Virus record (IMG/VR): IMGVR_UViG_3300044626_000467
Span: 1-37,095 of that record
Origin: a virus
Lineage: Duplodnaviria > Caudoviricetes
Reading direction: 5' to 3' (one strand)
DNA length: 37,095 nucleotides
A program made the translations under genes and the position numbers. The notes under the pieces are model-generated. The model did not search any database. It saw only the letters and a program-made list of their open reading frames with translations, and was not told the DNA's origin. The first letter of the stretch is position 1; each line of letters begins with the position of its first letter. Shown piece after piece: positions 26,761-36,014 of this stretch.

Positions 26761-26788
26761 TAAAACGCACCGAATCCCGCATCGGTGC
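26761..26788 (-). terminator. Probable terminator after recT
   Basis: GCACCGA..TCGGTGC stem followed by GTTTT. Confidence 0.5.
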
Positions 26789-26849
26789 CACCGCGAGCAG
26801 GGGAGTATCTCTGCTAGTCTGTGGTTAGATGTTATGACCCATCAGGCAC

Positions 26850-27659
26850 TCACAGTTTGCCACCGACTTCGCCATCCATAACAGGTTCGGCTACCTCTGC
26901 CGAGTCCGTCGCATCAAACACGCTTCGAAGTTCCGTCACGCTGATTCGCGTTGGTGTTGCTTCAACGAGTGAATCGTCGTCTCGTTCGTAAGCGTCGCGA
27001 ATCTCGGATGAAAGCGGAATCCATTTTGAAGCTCGACGAAAAACGGTCTTCTTGGCCATCTCGGCAAAGTCCGTCACCCACGGCCCGCTTGAACCGGACT
27101 TACTTCTCTTGCGAATCGATTCGATTTCATCGCGCGTCATCACTTCATGCTTGCACGCAGACGCCATCGTAATAACGCAATAAGCTCCAATGATCTCGCC
27201 CTGCTTGTATGCTGCACGATCTGGCCTCCAAGCCCACGGAATATGACGATTGACGGAGCCAAGATTGAATTCGAAGATGTCACCTTCTCGGATAACGTCA
27301 GCATGAATCGATTTGACGACGCCGGAGCGATAAGCAAGCTCGACGAGACCTTTGTAATCGATAATCAATTGACAATCGACTTTGCCGGTTTTGTTGTTCT
27401 GAAACGGGATTAGGTGAGCTAATCGTCCGTCAGGCTCCAGGCCAATCGCGGAACAACTAAGCAAGGCTTGAAAGAACGATGCTTGATCGCACTGAGCGAG
27501 CTTCGGCGTTTTCGTAAGTGCGGTAAGTGCGACCCGTGCCATGCGATCCGCCGTCAAGTGCTTCGGCAATGCGTCGGCAAGTTGCTGCTTCAGCGCGTCC
27601 GACTGCAAGTGATCGCGGATCGTTAGGGATGTTTTCTGTTTTGCGATTTCGTTAGTCAA
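26850..27659 (-). CDS. recT: RecT single-strand annealing protein
   Basis: ALPKHLTADRM, GLEPD, LIIDYKG, GPWVTDFAEMAKKT. Confidence 0.93.
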   Translation of the reverse strand: MTNEIAKQKTSLTIRDHLQSDALKQQLADALPKHLTADRMARVALTALTKTPKLAQCDQASFFQALLSCSAIGLEPDGRLAHLIPFQNNKTGKVDCQLIIDYKGLVELAYRSGVVKSIHADVIREGDIFEFNLGSVNRHIPWAWRPDRAAYKQGEIIGAYCVITMASACKHEVMTRDEIESIRKRSKSGSSGPWVTDFAEMAKKTVFRRASKWIPLSSEIRDAYERDDDSLVEATPTRISVTELRSVFDATDSAEVAEPVMDGEVGGKL

Positions 27660-28056
27660 TTGAGAGTTCCTTTTTATTAAGCCTTAGTAAATTACCTTCT
27701 CGAATGACTTCTTTTGCTTTGATTAGAAAGTGAAGCAATCGAAGACCGTTTTTCATTTTTGCACACTCTTGGATCGTCAAGCCTTCCGGCCTAGCTGCTA
27801 ATCGGCGAATATCTGCCGTGACTCCTTTTTTTACCTTACGAACTTTCTTTGGAAGCGTTCTCGGCAATTCTCGGAATTTTATCTTGTAAAATCTATGAAT
27901 CGCTTCTTGTGCAAGTTCCGTTGTATCTTTGATTTTCTTGCCTCGCCTTATCCCAAGAGGCATTCTTTTTGTAACTTCTGTTAAAGCGACCTCTTTATCG
28001 CAAGGCGTGTTTTCTTCTAACCATGCTGCCGCGATCGAAACCCAGGGAATTGTCAT
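27652..28056 (-). CDS. Basic hypothetical protein
   Basis: Lys/Arg-rich, low GC, coupled to the ParB-like gene. Confidence 0.6.
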   Translation of the reverse strand: MTIPWVSIAAAWLEENTPCDKEVALTEVTKRMPLGIRRGKKIKDTTELAQEAIHRFYKIKFRELPRTLPKKVRKVKKGVTADIRRLAARPEGLTIQECAKMKNGLRLLHFLIKAKEVIREGNLLRLNKKELSID

Positions 28057-28967
28057 AGGCTCCTCAGCTTTCTTGCGACGCCTTCGATTTGCGATTTAAC
28101 AGCGTCCTTGTCATCAACAATATCCATCGAAGAAAACGTCTTGTGTTTGTCAAGAATCAGATCCAACTTCCTCAGCAACTTTAGAAAGTCATTGCGAATC
28201 GAGCTAGCAATCTTCCTTTCAGGATTCAAAAGCTTTGCGTTTTGCAGTGCTACAATCTGCTCTCGTTCGCTTGGTTTAGAGAGTGCCGACGTAAGCACAT
28301 CGACGACCTCATCTCTATTAAGCTTCTTAGATGATTCGACAAAATCAAACGCTTCTTTGTGAACCTCATCAGACACCACTTTTTCAAGTATCTTGGCAAC
28401 TCGTACATGGGGTTTGTAGTTACTGTTGACGCGAGCCGCTAATTTCTGAAAAGCCTTTCTACTGCTGATATGACTAGATAGCGTGTTGGCGTTGACGCGA
28501 AATAGCTGAGACGCTTCCTTTTGCGTCTTACAGATACCTTTGTCGATTGCATCGATTGCATATCTTACGCGATCGTTATCGGAAACTGATTTGCCGTTAG
28601 CAAGGTTTAGCATTTGGCAAAGAACATTAAATTCGCTTTCTCCAACCTCGACGATGTAGCAATCAATCATATTTTCGCCGAGGCGAATCATTGCTTCAAG
28701 TCGATGATTTCCACCAGCAACGACGTAGGTAACAGCGTTTTTCGAAGTCGTTTTCCAGACCACAATTGCAGGTATCGGATCTCTATCGGCAGCTCCGAGA
28801 GTAATCGATTGAACGTGCTCCTCATCTAGGTTTACATCGAGTCTCGCTGTGTTCTGCAAAGACCGCTTTTTATCGATCGATGAAACAGGAAGGAACTTTC
28901 TTGTAAATCCTATTCCAAGCTGAGACAGCATTTTTTCGGCAACAACATCACTAATCCAGTTAATCAT
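28053..28967 (-). CDS. ParB/Srx-like domain protein with HTH
   Basis: PAIVV..VVAGGNHRLEA; TQKEASQLFRV HTH-like segment. Confidence 0.7.
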   Translation of the reverse strand: MINWISDVVAEKMLSQLGIGFTRKFLPVSSIDKKRSLQNTARLDVNLDEEHVQSITLGAADRDPIPAIVVWKTTSKNAVTYVVAGGNHRLEAMIRLGENMIDCYIVEVGESEFNVLCQMLNLANGKSVSDNDRVRYAIDAIDKGICKTQKEASQLFRVNANTLSSHISSRKAFQKLAARVNSNYKPHVRVAKILEKVVSDEVHKEAFDFVESSKKLNRDEVVDVLTSALSKPSEREQIVALQNAKLLNPERKIASSIRNDFLKLLRKLDLILDKHKTFSSMDIVDDKDAVKSQIEGVARKLRSL

Positions 28968-29001
28968 AACGCTTTCCTTAATACTCCAAAAAGTAAAACT
29001 A

Positions 29002-29781
29002 CTAACTCGCCCATCTCGGCAGCGACAATGCTACCAACTCTTTTTCCGCCGTTTCCGACCAATCGTTCTCATCTCGTCTCCGCTTGTACTCGGCTAGCAA
29101 TTCATCGATCTTTTGATGCCCGATAATGATCGCGGCGTCGTCGAGAAGTCTCGTATGAATCCTGTAGGGTGGATTCGTTTCGACGGCAACGATAACAAAG
29201 TTACTGAATCGCTGGCCGTAATGAATTGAGCATCCAGTTAAGTAGAACGCTGCTTGCAAGTGGTAGCTGTATTTCGCAACCGCTGTATCAATTTCGCTAA
29301 CGCTTTGGCACGTCTTAACGTCAACGATATATTCCCGTTCCGTAACAAGATCCGGAATGCCTTTACAATCAACGTCCGCGATCGGATCGACCCACTGGAT
29401 CGGATTCTCGATGTGCGTTGCCTTATCAATCAACGTCGCTACGACCGGATGCCGAGCTGCTGAGCGTGCGACTCGGAGAGCCATGTTGAATTCCTCATCC
29501 GTCAGGATAATCTTTTCGACTTGCTGATCTCGCCAATCTTCGTAAGCCTTTCCGCGACGATGACCGTTAGACGCTAAAACGCTTCTCGGTGGAGTCGTGC
29601 AAACTTTATCGAGCTTCTTCGGTTCTAGGATCGCCGAGTGAATCACCGTCCCAAGTTCCTGCGATCTTGTTGATTCACTTTGTAGCGTCTTTAAGATATG
29701 CTTCGCTTCAAACAGCCTTGGACTCGTCGCCAAGTCTTTCAGCATCGATTGCGAGATAGCTTCAATTTCTTTATAGTCCAC
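29002..29781 (-). CDS. RecE-like (exonuclease VIII, PD-(D/E)xK) exonuclease
   Basis: SQSMLK, GTVIHSAILEP, CKGIPD, IVDVKT, YHLQAAFY. Confidence 0.88.
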   Translation of the reverse strand: MDYKEIEAISQSMLKDLATSPRLFEAKHILKTLQSESTRSQELGTVIHSAILEPKKLDKVCTTPPRSVLASNGHRRGKAYEDWRDQQVEKIILTDEEFNMALRVARSAARHPVVATLIDKATHIENPIQWVDPIADVDCKGIPDLVTEREYIVDVKTCQSVSEIDTAVAKYSYHLQAAFYLTGCSIHYGQRFSNFVIVAVETNPPYRIHTRLLDDAAIIIGHQKIDELLAEYKRRRDENDWSETAEKELVALSLPRWAS

Positions 29782-30016
29782 GAACTAAATTCCTTTCCTG
29801 TTTCTCTTTTTCAATCTGACAGCCGAAGCAAACTTCCGTTCGAATCTTCGCACCACAACCAGAACATCGCCAAGGCTCAACGTAACCTACTTCGTGCTTC
29901 TCTCGGTTTGCTCGCTTAAGTCGATTACGATTTCGAGTTGAGCAACCTTTGCAGCGCGTACACTTTCTGCCAACTGCAATCCCGCACTCGATGCATTTAC
30001 CCGTTCTTTGGTACAT
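29771..30016 (-). CDS. Zinc-finger protein
   Basis: Four CxxC pairs. Confidence 0.6.
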   Translation of the reverse strand: MYQRTGKCIECGIAVGRKCTRCKGCSTRNRNRLKRANREKHEVGYVEPWRCSGCGAKIRTEVCFGCQIEKEKQERNLVRGL

Positions 30017-30197
30017 TGCGACGCCCTTTCTGCTTCGCATTAGTGCGAGTAATTTGAACTTCTGAAGGAGCCTGAAACGCTAGCTTGACGCGATTACCCT
30101 TAATCGAAATCAGCGTTACCAGACAGTCACCAACCTCCACCGATTCATCGAGACCGAAACCGAGAATCAAACGTCCGTGCTTGTTTATGCTTTCCAT
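29997..30197 (-). CDS. csrA: CsrA-like RNA-binding regulator
   Basis: LIL...DESVEVGD..VTLISIKGNRVKLAFQAPSEVQITR matches the CsrA pattern. Confidence 0.75.
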   Translation of the reverse strand: MESINKHGRLILGFGLDESVEVGDCLVTLISIKGNRVKLAFQAPSEVQITRTNAKQKGRRNVPKNG

Positions 30198-30264
30198 GCT
30201 TTTATCCATTCGTGAGAAAATGCGACACCGAAAATAACGACTAAAAGCCAAAACCAGATCATTC

Positions 30265-30519
30265 TTACACCATCCACCAAAGACGATTACGAGCAATCCA
30301 AGACCTCTTTGCAGCCAAACCAATTCCGTATGACCTCCCAAGATCGCAGAATGCTAGTTGACTTTTTGGGAGCCACTGACGCTTTGAGTGTATGCCAGTC
30401 ATGGCTTCCACAAGCACCGCTTTTTCGCGAATCTCAACAATATCAACATCTATCCGCAAGAACTTATCGTCGCTCGCTGGAAGTGTTCTGCAAAAAGCTT
30501 CAAATGATTCACGTTCCAT
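30265..30519 (-). CDS. Hypothetical protein
   Basis: GGAG SD; EKAVLV...WLPKSQ motif of a common phage small protein. Confidence 0.65.
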   Translation of the reverse strand: MERESFEAFCRTLPASDDKFLRIDVDIVEIREKAVLVEAMTGIHSKRQWLPKSQLAFCDLGRSYGIGLAAKRSWIARNRLWWMV

Positions 30520-30535
30520 TGCTCTGCTCCAAGTG

Positions 30536-30558
30536 AAAAAGCCGGAGCCTATCCCGGC
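30536..30558 (-). terminator. Intrinsic terminator GCCGG-loop-CCGGC-T5
   Basis: Hairpin plus T-run after the first early gene. Confidence 0.6.
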
Positions 30559-30577
30559 AGGAGGCAGAAGCAACTGA

Positions 30578-30868
30578 CTAAACTTCAAGCTTTGCGATCT
30601 CAGAAGAAAACTCGCAGATGATCTCGAAGACATCTTTACGGAAGTGTTCGCTATAGGTTCCGGAAGTCTTGCCAACAGCTCGGCAACCTTGGCAGTCTTC
30701 GGCAGAGTCGAACACGAAGCTGAACTTCTGCTTTTTGATTTTGCCGCTGCTTGTAACTTCGCCTTCGCAGTTCAGGAAGCGACCGTTAAAACTTGCGCGG
30801 GTGGCTAGATACTTTGTCTTAGAAGGTGCGGTGATGCGTTCGATCAGTTGTTGTTGGATCTCAGTCAT
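30578..30868 (-). CDS. Hypothetical early protein
   Basis: GGGAG SD, downstream of a strong promoter. Confidence 0.65.
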   Translation of the reverse strand: MTEIQQQLIERITAPSKTKYLATRASFNGRFLNCEGEVTSSGKIKKQKFSFVFDSAEDCQGCRAVGKTSGTYSEHFRKDVFEIICEFSSEIAKLEV

Positions 30869-30915
30869 TTTCTCTACTCCCAAAAAGTGTTTTGTTTCTC
30901 GTCTCGACCCGTGTA

Positions 30916-30945
30916 ATTATATCGTACACGATTCAATTAACTCAA
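30916..30945 (-). promoter_or_regulatory. Strong early promoter TTGAGT-18-TATAAT with AT-rich upstream region
   Basis: Consensus -10; T-tracts upstream; overlapping gtgta..tacac inverted repeat. Confidence 0.65.
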
Positions 30946-30978
30946 TAGTAGAAAACAAAAAATCCAAAAAAGATTTTC

Positions 30979-31176
30979 CTACTTCTTTCGGGGACGGCCA
31001 ACGGGTTTGCGAGACGTCGCAAATTGAGACAAATCGGAATCGGTAAAAAGCTTTAGCGAACCGACGATAAGAGATGGAACGATCAATCCGCGCCGGACGT
31101 AGGTGCGAACTGTGATAGGAGAAATGCCGAGTTTAGCGGCGGCTGTCGTCGTGTTGTAGAGCTGTTGCTTTGTCAT
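30979..31176 (-). CDS. MerR/excisionase-type HTH DNA-binding protein
   Basis: YNTTTAAAKLGISPITVRTYVRRG; GRPRK AT-hook-like tail. Confidence 0.8.
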   Translation of the reverse strand: MTKQQLYNTTTAAAKLGISPITVRTYVRRGLIVPSLIVGSLKLFTDSDLSQFATSRKPVGRPRKK

Positions 31177-31208
31177 GCCACAATACTAATCGCGACCGTT
31201 GCAAATTT

Positions 31209-31766
31209 CTAGGTCAGTCGAAAGATTCTTGTATTGGCGATGACTTCAAAAGCAAAGCCGCTTGCGTGAACCGCTTCAATCACGCCTGGTTCAGTCGGGT
31301 AGTAATCGTGACCCGCTAGGATGCCACCGTCGGCGAGCTTGGTTTTCCAGCCAGTTAAATCCGCAAGCACTTCCGCGAAGTTGTGGTCGCCGTCGATGTA
31401 GATGCTGGTTGCGATGCCTTTGAATTCCCTGCAAGCATCAACCGACGTTCGCTCTACGTGCGTCACAACAAGATCCGGTCTATGATACCTAATCGCGTCT
31501 AAGGTCGCGTTTAACGAGGCACGTTGCCAATCTGGAGAAGGCATGGGCCAGATGTTTTGATCGACTGGCATCAGCGGTTCAACCGAGATTATCTCCGCAC
31601 CTTCCGCTGCGCTCATCGCGGTTACGAAAAGCGATCTTCCGCAATACGTTCCGATTTCAACGTGCCTAGTCGTACCGCTAAACATATCCCAAAGAACGCC
31701 AAGCTCAACTGGCCAGCACATTCCAGGAATCTGATAACACCGTTTAACCGCTTCAGATCGCTTCAT
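31209..31766 (-). CDS. Class I SAM-dependent methyltransferase (Methyltransf_24-like)
   Basis: VEIGTYCGRS, IYIDGDH, GGILAGHDY. Confidence 0.88.
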   Translation of the reverse strand: MKRSEAVKRCYQIPGMCWPVELGVLWDMFSGTTRHVEIGTYCGRSLFVTAMSAAEGAEIISVEPLMPVDQNIWPMPSPDWQRASLNATLDAIRYHRPDLVVTHVERTSVDACREFKGIATSIYIDGDHNFAEVLADLTGWKTKLADGGILAGHDYYPTEPGVIEAVHASGFAFEVIANTRIFRLT

Positions 31767-31768
31767 AG

Positions 31769-33241
31769 TTAATCCGCCAGTGCGGCATCCTCAACGACGA
31801 ACGCGCCGTAAACGATCACTTGCTTGGAGCCACTTGAGGCGACTCGAAGCGACCACATGAAGCGGCCAACGGTTCCCACGGCTGTGGCGTTTGGTGAGAA
31901 GCTAAAGTAGTTACTGTCGGTTCCGCTTATCGTGATGTTAGCCGCTGCGATCAACTGCAAATCGGTTCCCGCTTTCGTTTGGATGCACACTTCGAGTGCG
32001 CCGAGCGTCGAAAGATTAACCGGACTCGTGCCCGAAAAGACGCCAACCGTTATCGCGGATCGATCGCCCTTGTAGGTTGTGATTGTCGTTGCCACGGCTC
32101 GCACCGGCGTTTGCGCGACAACAGGGGTAACAACGATCGAACCACCACCGCCACCACCCGTTAAAGCATTTGCATCGACTTGGTTGGCGACTGTAAAGCT
32201 CAATTGATCTGTCTTCGCTTTAATCGCACTAATCTCGGTGTCTACAAAATCATCAATCGTGTCGATCTTTGTTTCGACGGTCGTTAGCTGCGTTGTTGTT
32301 GCCAGCCCCGCTTGCATTTCCGCAATTGTCCAAGTCAAATTCGGTATCATCACATAGGCACTTGTCGTATCTGGCACGATTGCCCATTCACCGTTTGCCG
32401 ACCTCGTGCGAATCGTCGCAACCTTGGTCGAGCCAACGTAATCCTCTACCAGTGCAATCTGGTCTTGCCCTGTACCGCTGCGGATAAACACTAGCTGACC
32501 GTTGTACGCATCGTCGCTAGTCGAGGCACTTGTGTTAAGCGTTATCGTTGTTGTCGTTGCTGCTTGTGCCAAACCTTCATTCACGCTTTCACGTCCTGCG
32601 TCACCGAGAATGACAAACTCAGAAGTATTGTCGGGATTCACACGCCAATCGCGGTCAACTGTTGCAACTTTAGTGCTGCCGTTGTACTGCAAAATAAGTC
32701 TCGTTTGTCCTGCCCCGGTTCCGGTTTCGATAAACACTAGGCCAGGATCATATGCACCATTAGTTGAGCTTGCACCTGTATCTAGCTGAATCTGATTATT
32801 TCCGGTTCCTGCACCTTGCGCAGTTCCGCTGTGAACGATCACGCTTGCTAGTTGCCTTAATCTTCGACCTGCTGATGCTGCTACGTTGTGCGTTGCGCCG
32901 GTCAATACTTCATCCCAAACAGCATCCGCAATACCCGTCGTCATCAATTCTTCGTAAGTGTCGGATGGTAAAACATCGTACCGATGATTACTCATGCTCA
33001 TCGCGGAGTTATTCACGATAATGTCTAAGCGTCCAAGACTATCAACATTCCCGGTCGTTAACGCAATCGTGTAGTAACCATTTGTTGAATGCGTTACTGT
33101 TGCTCCGGTGAGCGTTGCCACCGAACCATTCTTGGCGATTGAAAAGTCCGCTAGCACCGCCGTTGTCACGGCAACACCATCGGCATCAAGTACTGGGCCG
33201 ACTATAACGGTTGCGGTCGTGGATTGTTTTAATAACTGCAT
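31769..33241 (-). CDS. Tail fibre/structural protein with an internal duplicated domain
   Basis: Thr/Gly/Ala-rich; two copies of L...AS....AY....VFI..GTG..Q......Y.GSTKVAT..W...PD.TS. Confidence 0.7.
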   Translation of the reverse strand: MQLLKQSTTATVIVGPVLDADGVAVTTAVLADFSIAKNGSVATLTGATVTHSTNGYYTIALTTGNVDSLGRLDIIVNNSAMSMSNHRYDVLPSDTYEELMTTGIADAVWDEVLTGATHNVAASAGRRLRQLASVIVHSGTAQGAGTGNNQIQLDTGASSTNGAYDPGLVFIETGTGAGQTRLILQYNGSTKVATVDRDWRVNPDNTSEFVILGDAGRESVNEGLAQAATTTTITLNTSASTSDDAYNGQLVFIRSGTGQDQIALVEDYVGSTKVATIRTRSANGEWAIVPDTTSAYVMIPNLTWTIAEMQAGLATTTQLTTVETKIDTIDDFVDTEISAIKAKTDQLSFTVANQVDANALTGGGGGGSIVVTPVVAQTPVRAVATTITTYKGDRSAITVGVFSGTSPVNLSTLGALEVCIQTKAGTDLQLIAAANITISGTDSNYFSFSPNATAVGTVGRFMWSLRVASSGSKQVIVYGAFVVEDAALAD

Positions 33242-35508
33242 TAAGGCATCCCCGTTAATAATCGTCGGCGTTTGCTGCCCGATGGGAATTGGTAGTAGGT
33301 ATATTGCTTAGGTCGTGACTGGAGGCCGATGCCTCTGCGAGAGGCAAGTTGACGGATTTCGGGAGGGGTTAGAACGCGATTGTAAATGCGGATGTCGTCG
33401 AGTTGACCATTTAGCGGAGTATCAGTTGTCGCTCTATCTGCGAAAATAACATTAGCTGTTGAATTGAATATCGAAGTCGGGTAAGACCCTGTTAATGTTG
33501 TTGATACTGCATTTCCATTTAAGTAAATTTGGAAAGCAGAAGCTCCAATAACTCCAACGACATGAGTCCAATCCGTTGTGACCGTTCCGCCTTGGCCGTA
33601 TGGAATCGCTGTTCCATCTGGAGATACTAAAATTCGCACTGCATTGTTTATCAAAGCTAAATACCAAGCTCTATTGCCTTCAGCACCATAATGCGATGCA
33701 AGCATCTGAACACCCGAAACCGTATTCGGTTTCACCCAGCAAGCAATTGTTAAAGGCAAGGCTGAATATCGCAAAGCATTTGCTTCGACCCTGTCATTCG
33801 ACCCGTCGAAATCTAACGCTCCCGCCCCGCCGCTAACAACCCAATCTTCGCTGGTCATATTCGTCAGCGTTCCATGATTGCCATAGCCACTGCGGTCAAC
33901 GAGGCGATAGCCACTTGCACCGAGTGATGGACACCACGCACCTACCAAGCCCTCGGACAGCGAGCTATGCTCTTGCTGCGACTTGACAATGACGCTGTAG
34001 GTTTTCTCGCGGGTTTCGATGTAGTCGGTATGGCGTGGGGTTGACTGGAGTCCGATGCCACGCCTGCTGGCAAGGCGGCGGATTTCGGGAGGGGTTAGGA
34101 TTCGGTTGTAAATACGAACATCATCTATAAATCCGGCAAACTGTGAATTAGTACCATCCCTACAACCAATTTGTAGATTCACGCTGTTAGTTGTATCAGT
34201 CACAGCATCGTTGTAAGCGTCACTGGTTGCAGGTTGTGTGCCATTCACATACAAAGAAATAGCTGAAGTTGCTGCATTTGCTGGTTTCGTAACCGTAACG
34301 TGATACCAAGTATTGGTAGCTATGACAGCCGACGATGTTTCTTTTCTTTTGAGCGGTTGTAATGCCGAGTCACTAGCCAAATCAAATCGCAACAAACCTC
34401 CGCTGACGTAAAAGTTCATCCCGTCAAAGTTAGGAGTTATTTTGGCGTTAGTTAAAATTGTTCTGTTTGATGTCACTGACGTTGCGTAAATCCACGCACT
34501 AATTGAATAGGCCGATGATTGTACGAATCGAGAATTTAGAGATGTTCCAAAATTTACAAAATCATTCGACCCATCGAAATCTAACGCCATGCCATTGCTT
34601 GCTACCCAGTCCGTAGCAGCATCCATGTTGGTCAACGTCCCATGATTCCCCCGTCCGCTGACATCAACCGCCCGATACCCCGTTGCTCCGCTTACGCTCG
34701 GGCAGATGGCTAGGACGAGGCCTTCACGCAATGAATCGTAATCCGACTGGCTGCGGGTGATGGCTGCGTAGGTTTTGTCTTTCGGAGGTTTGTAGGCGTA
34801 GCGTTTTGCGAAGTGCGAAGAAGTGCGTGAAGATGTTTTGAATCCGATGCCACGTTCGGAAGCAAGGAGTTTTATGTCGCCTGCGGATAATGGCCTATTG
34901 TAAATACGAACATCATCCAATTGTCCCGCCCAATTTTCCGTTCCATCGTTATTGGCCGCAAAGGTTGCTTTACGATTTGTAAACGCAGAAAGCGATGTTC
35001 CAAGGGTTGCGGATGCGGAAAGTAGCAGACCGTTGCGATATAGCGAAATACCTGAACTTAATGTATATGATGTATATACAACACATAGGTGTTGCCATTC
35101 GTTCGATGTCAAAACATTGCCTGACGATGTATAGTCATGCAAATATCCGTTTGCCTCAAAAACTGCGTTTCGTTGCAACAGCAATCTACGTTGTCCTGAA
35201 GACTCATTTCCGAGTGCAAAGATTGCTTTAACTGTATTTACGTTCGCTGGCTTGCACCAACAAGCAATCGTTAGTCGCGTTTCATTACCTGTAATTGGCA
35301 AATCAGAACTGACGACATAATCATCGGTTCCATCAAAGTCGAGAGCTAGATTACCACCACTCACCACCCAATCACTCGCATCCATGTTCGTCAGCACGCC
35401 GTGATTTGAACCAACTCTATCAACAAGCCTATACCCAGTGCTGCCCAGACTAGGTATCCAAGCAGCAACGAGTCCGTTTTTCAGGTTGGCTAAGTCACGA
35501 CTCGACAT
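33241..35508 (-). CDS. Adhesin/receptor-binding protein with three tandem LamG (ConA-like) domains
   Basis: Three GLV.AW/D..G.NHG.LTNM/ALDFDG/DDVRIYNR.L units. Confidence 0.88.
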   Translation of the reverse strand: MSSRDLANLKNGLVAAWIPSLGSTGYRLVDRVGSNHGVLTNMDASDWVVSGGNLALDFDGTDDYVVSSDLPITGNETRLTIACWCKPANVNTVKAIFALGNESSGQRRLLLQRNAVFEANGYLHDYTSSGNVLTSNEWQHLCVVYTSYTLSSGISLYRNGLLLSASATLGTSLSAFTNRKATFAANNDGTENWAGQLDDVRIYNRPLSAGDIKLLASERGIGFKTSSRTSSHFAKRYAYKPPKDKTYAAITRSQSDYDSLREGLVLAICPSVSGATGYRAVDVSGRGNHGTLTNMDAATDWVASNGMALDFDGSNDFVNFGTSLNSRFVQSSAYSISAWIYATSVTSNRTILTNAKITPNFDGMNFYVSGGLLRFDLASDSALQPLKRKETSSAVIATNTWYHVTVTKPANAATSAISLYVNGTQPATSDAYNDAVTDTTNSVNLQIGCRDGTNSQFAGFIDDVRIYNRILTPPEIRRLASRRGIGLQSTPRHTDYIETREKTYSVIVKSQQEHSSLSEGLVGAWCPSLGASGYRLVDRSGYGNHGTLTNMTSEDWVVSGGAGALDFDGSNDRVEANALRYSALPLTIACWVKPNTVSGVQMLASHYGAEGNRAWYLALINNAVRILVSPDGTAIPYGQGGTVTTDWTHVVGVIGASAFQIYLNGNAVSTTLTGSYPTSIFNSTANVIFADRATTDTPLNGQLDDIRIYNRVLTPPEIRQLASRRGIGLQSRPKQYTYYQFPSGSKRRRLLTGMP

Positions 35509-36014
35509 TAAGACACCGTATCGTAAACAGGCTGGACGCGAATCTGGTGATTACCAGCAGTGGCGTTAAGTGCAACACCGCTATTTTGTGTTATAAACAG
35601 CACAAATTTTGGAGGCACATCGCCACCAAAGACGCTGCTGATTAGTACAGGCCCAAAATCATATTGCTGGTTGCTCGTTGATGTTGTTGCCATCTCAGCA
35701 ACAAACCGACAAACCGCATTTTTGATTTCTGCGAGAGGTATGGTCTCTGCGGAATTTGTTCCATCGAAAACAGTTGGCCAAAGTGAACCCGATGAGTCCA
35801 TAGCCCCTACGGCCCATACTTGAATGGATCGACTTGCCGTGGGCGAAATGCCAGTCATCACTTTACCAGATACCCAATAGTCTCTGCGACCGTCAACGGT
35901 GTTGTCCACGGCTGATGACTCTTGACCAGCCAACAAGTTGGTATCACTTGCCAGAGAGGCTAGCGTCATCGAAAGGTCGGATGCTGTTGCGTAGTTTATT
36001 TTTCCGGTTGCCAT
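35508..36014 (-). CDS. Structural protein (jelly-roll-like), fibre-associated
   Basis: Beta-rich, upstream of the LamG gene. Confidence 0.55.
   Translation of the reverse strand: MATGKINYATASDLSMTLASLASDTNLLAGQESSAVDNTVDGRRDYWVSGKVMTGISPTASRSIQVWAVGAMDSSGSLWPTVFDGTNSAETIPLAEIKNAVCRFVAEMATTSTSNQQYDFGPVLISSVFGGDVPPKFVLFITQNSGVALNATAGNHQIRVQPVYDTVS

Noticed and set aside
26737-26849. tRNA or other ncRNA in the gap after recT
   Set aside because: Only a simple hairpin is evident; no cloverleaf or T-loop consensus
29997-30675. Long ORF-track starts (30341, 30675; likewise 26273, 14446, 12723, 7745)
   Set aside because: The extensions overlap upstream genes or terminators; downstream starts with SD sequences or domain boundaries fit better
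30979-31176. Excisionase implying an integration module
   Set aside because: No integrase or att-like duplication seen; a generic HTH regulator is the safer call
33241-35508. Diversity-generating retroelement acting on the adhesin
   Set aside because: No reverse transcriptase and no TR/VR pair with adenine-specific mismatches; the repeats are short domain borders
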